NCBI GenBank assembly: GCA_963815115.1
Contig: CAWFFN010000005.1
Location: 1,184,001-1,248,000 of the forward strand
Reading direction: 5' to 3'
DNA length: 64,000 bases
Origin: an uncultured delta proteobacterium
GTDB taxonomy: Bacteria > Desulfobacterota > Binatia > DP-6
Positions 61,228-64,000 of this stretch are shown one piece after another. Each line of letters starts with the position of its first letter. Positions within the stretch are counted from its first letter, which is position 1. Below the pieces are notes generated by a model. The model saw nothing but the letters and a program-made list of their open reading frames with translations, searched no databases and was not told where the DNA came from. The translations under genes and the position numbers were made by a program.

Positions 61228-63435
61228 ATGACCACGGGTGCCCGCGCGGAGGGATCACGATGGGACGCGGCGAAGCCCGCGGGCGTCGCGGATACCGTCC
61301 GCGCGGCCGAGCTGCTGGCAGCGCGCCTACCGTCCCAGCTCGCCGTCTTCGCGAGCCTCGCCTACAATTTCGCCGGTTTCTGGCGTGCCGAGGGCAGGGA
61401 GCTCTTCGCCGCGATCGATTCGCACACGTGGGCGCGGTGCGAGCGCAATCCCGTTCGATTCCTGGCGGAAGCCCCCGCGCTCCACCTCGCTCGGGCCGCC
61501 CAGGACCGGGCTCTCCTGGCCCGCGCCGAGGCCCTGTGGCGTTCCCTCCAGGAACAGAGCGCCCGGCCCTTCGTCTCCACCGGGCCCATCTCCGCCACCT
61601 CCCCGGTGGCATTCCTGTGCGCCGAGTTCGCCATCTACCAGTCCCTCCCCATCTATTCCGGTGGCCTCGGCGTGCTCGCGGGAGACCTGCTCAAGGAAGC
61701 GTCGGACCGCGGCGTTCCCCTGGTCGGTGTGGGCCTCTACTATCGTCAGGGTTACTTCCACCAGCGTCTGGACCCTTCCTTCTGGCAGCACGAATACTGG
61801 ATCGAGACCCCGCCCCACCGGGTGCCCATCGCGCTGGTGACCGACGACTGGGGAATTCCGCTGACGGTCAGCGTTCGGCTCTGGGGCCAGGACGTGGTGC
61901 TGCAGATCTGGCGCGCAGCGGTGGGGCGAACCTCCCTGTACCTGCTCGACGCGGATCGCACGGAGAACTCGCAGATCGCTCGCTGGCTCACGGCGCGCCT
62001 CTACGACTCCAACCGGGAGGTGCGCCTGGGCCAGTACGCCGTGCTCGGGATCGGCGGGATGCGCGCGCTGCGGGCCCTGCGGATCGAGCCCTCGGTGGTG
62101 CACCTCAACGAGGGCCACGCAGCGCTGGCAGCGTTGGAGCTGGCGCGCGACGCGGTAAAGGCGCACGCGGCTCCGGCCGAGGTCCTGGAGGCGACCCGTC
62201 AGCGGCTGGTCTTCACCACCCACACTCCGGTCGCGGCCGGCAACGAGACCTACGCATCCGAGGTCCTGTGGCGAGTGCTGGGAGATCTCCCCGAGGAGCT
62301 GGGCCTCCCTCGTGAAGAGATCCTGCGCTGGGGCCGGATCCATCCCGAGGAGAGCGGCGAGCCGCTGGGGCTCACGGTGCTTGCGCTGCGCACGAGCCGC
62401 AGCGCCAACGGCGTGAGCCGAGTGCACGGAGGGGTTGCGCGGCGGATGTGGAACCCCCTCTGGCCGGATCGGGCCGTGGAGGATGTCCCGATCGGCCACG
62501 TCACGAACGGCGTGCACCTCCCGACCTGGATGGCAGCGCCCATGCGGGAGCTGATGGACCGCTACCTCGGGGCGGACTGGATGGAACGCTCCGCCGACTC
62601 CCGCACCTGGGAGGCCGTGGAGGACATCCCGGACGGGGAGATCTGGGCCGTGCGCAACCAGATGCGGCGAACCTGCGTGGAGTTCGTCCGCGAGCGCACC
62701 ATCGCCGATCGCCTTGGCCGCGCGGATGGGCTCGCCTTGATCGAAAGCTGGACGGCGCCCCTGTCGGGGGAAATCCTCACCGTGGGCTTCGCGCGACGGC
62801 TCGCCTCCTACAAGCGGATCCATCTGCTTCCCCACGGCGATCCGCAGCGCTTCCGCGCGCACTTGCAGGGAGATCCTCCCGTGCAGTGGCTCACGGCCGG
62901 CAAGGCGCACCCGCTCGACGACGAGGCCAAGGGGCTGCTGCAGCGAAGCGCCGCCAGCCTGGGGGCACAGCGCGACAACGAGCGGCAGCGCCTTGCGTAC
63001 GTCGAGGACTACGACCTCGCCGTGGCCACACGGCTCGTGGCGGGGTGCGACGTCTGGACGAATGCGCCGAGGCCCCCGCTCGAGGCCTGTGGAACCAGCG
63101 GCATGAAGGCCGTCCTCAACGGCGCGTTGAACCTGAGCGTGCTGGACGGCTGGTGGGCCGAGGCCTTCGACGGATCGAACGGCTGGGCGGTGTCGGCCGA
63201 CCCAGCGGAGAACGAGGCGGCGCGCGACGACCGCGACAGTCACCTCGTCCTCGATCTCTTCGAGCGCGAGATCATGCCGCTCTTCTATGACCGGGACGCA
63301 GCCGGGATCCCGCGCCGCTGGGTTCACCGGATCAAGCGCTCCCTGCGCACCAACGGCCCCCGCTTCTGCGCCGCGCGGATGCTCGACGAGTACGTCGGTG
63401 CCGTGTACACCAGGCGCGGAGCAGGTGCCCGCTGA
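61228..63435 (+). CDS. glgP: alpha-glucan (glycogen/starch) phosphorylase
   Basis: YSGGLGVLAGD, HLNEGH, FTTHTP, TNGVH, FARRLASYKR, EACGTSGMK, SVLDGWW. Confidence 0.95.
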   Translation: MTTGARAEGSRWDAAKPAGVADTVRAAELLAARLPSQLAVFASLAYNFAGFWRAEGRELFAAIDSHTWARCERNPVRFLAEAPALHLARAAQDRALLARAEALWRSLQEQSARPFVSTGPISATSPVAFLCAEFAIYQSLPIYSGGLGVLAGDLLKEASDRGVPLVGVGLYYRQGYFHQRLDPSFWQHEYWIETPPHRVPIALVTDDWGIPLTVSVRLWGQDVVLQIWRAAVGRTSLYLLDADRTENSQIARWLTARLYDSNREVRLGQYAVLGIGGMRALRALRIEPSVVHLNEGHAALAALELARDAVKAHAAPAEVLEATRQRLVFTTHTPVAAGNETYASEVLWRVLGDLPEELGLPREEILRWGRIHPEESGEPLGLTVLALRTSRSANGVSRVHGGVARRMWNPLWPDRAVEDVPIGHVTNGVHLPTWMAAPMRELMDRYLGADWMERSADSRTWEAVEDIPDGEIWAVRNQMRRTCVEFVRERTIADRLGRADGLALIESWTAPLSGEILTVGFARRLASYKRIHLLPHGDPQRFRAHLQGDPPVQWLTAGKAHPLDDEAKGLLQRSAASLGAQRDNERQRLAYVEDYDLAVATRLVAGCDVWTNAPRPPLEACGTSGMKAVLNGALNLSVLDGWWAEAFDGSNGWAVSADPAENEAARDDRDSHLVLDLFEREIMPLFYDRDAAGIPRRWVHRIKRSLRTNGPRFCAARMLDEYVGAVYTRRGAGAR

Positions 63436-63462
63436 AACGGGTCACAGGGGCTACCACTGCTC

Positions 63463-64000
63463 ATGCGTGAGGAGCTGCCGCCGATCGCGTTTCTCCGCGC
63501 CTTCTCCCGTGCCGCGGAGACGCTGAGTCTCAAGGAGGCGGCGGCCGACCTCAACCTGTCGCCATCCGCGGTGAGCCGGCAGATTCAGTCGCTGGAAGCG
63601 CACCTCGGCGTCACGCTCTTTCGTCGCCTCAACCCGGGGCTGGAGGTCACCGAGGAGGGCCTGCGCTATCTCGAGGCGGTGAATCGCGTGTTGGGTGAGC
63701 TGCGGCGCGCGCAGGATGCGCTCGCCGGCCCTCGTTCGGGCCCGCTGCGCGTGAGCGCCCTCGAGTCGTTCACCGAGAGCTGGCTGATCCCGCACCTGTC
63801 CGACTTCGAGCGCACCCATTCCGGCATCGAGCTGCAGGTCGAGGCGACGTTGCGCTACGCCGACTTCGAGCGCGATCCGGTCGACGTGGCGATCCGCTTC
63901 GGCACGGGACCGTGGGCCGGTCTGCACAGCGAGCCGATCGTTGACCTGACCTACTTCCCCGTGTGCAGCCCCACGCTCGGCGGCGAGTCGCCCGTCCGGG
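63463..64000 (+). CDS. LysR family regulator (GcvA-like), partial
   Basis: LPPIAFLRAF..AAADLNLSPSAVSRQIQSLEAHLGVTLF..VDVAIRFG. Confidence 0.9.
   Translation, partial: MREELPPIAFLRAFSRAAETLSLKEAAADLNLSPSAVSRQIQSLEAHLGVTLFRRLNPGLEVTEEGLRYLEAVNRVLGELRRAQDALAGPRSGPLRVSALESFTESWLIPHLSDFERTHSGIELQVEATLRYADFERDPVDVAIRFGTGPWAGLHSEPIVDLTYFPVCSPTLGGESPVR

Noticed and set aside
59307-62315. 1002-aa ORF and other long Arg/Ala/Pro-rich ORFs in the track (e.g. 9075-11192, 1589-3187, 47763-49337)
   Set aside because: Shadow frames of real high-GC genes with no recognisable motifs.

Overview
High-GC bacterial chromosome segment. Gene content and the Thr-rich/Cys-rich secreted proteins suggest a Deltaproteobacteria-like (possibly Binatota) organism; this is inference only. 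1-18.5 kb is core genome: frr(3')-uppS-cdsA-rseP-tsaB-DUF465-ilvN-ilvC-psd-pssA, a Leu attenuator, leuA-leuB-usg/asd-like-truA, PrsW, a radical SAM gene, rarA, nadK, recN and an M23 peptidase. tRNA-Ala(GGC) at 18552-18624 anchors a ~37 kb integration hotspot in which the 42-bp 3' half of the tRNA, starting exactly at the anticodon loop, recurs three more times (42620, 55061, 55731). These copies delimit three units: a 24 kb unit with an apparently intact xis-RHH-integrase module; a 12.4 kb unit with a truncated integrase, a decayed DUF1156/DUF499 defence-like locus, nested IS21/IS1380, IS3 and TerS-like genes; and a ~0.67 kb integrase-free unit holding only a hicBA toxin-antitoxin pair. Two further degenerate tRNA 3' halves, Gly(GCC) and Gly(CCC), lie inside the hotspot in the same orientation. 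A 22-bp arm-type repeat links the far-left end to the 55 kb junction. After 55.8 kb come an acyl-CoA synthetase, two WS/DGAT genes, glgP and a partial LysR gene. All calls are from reading the sequence; no searches were run.
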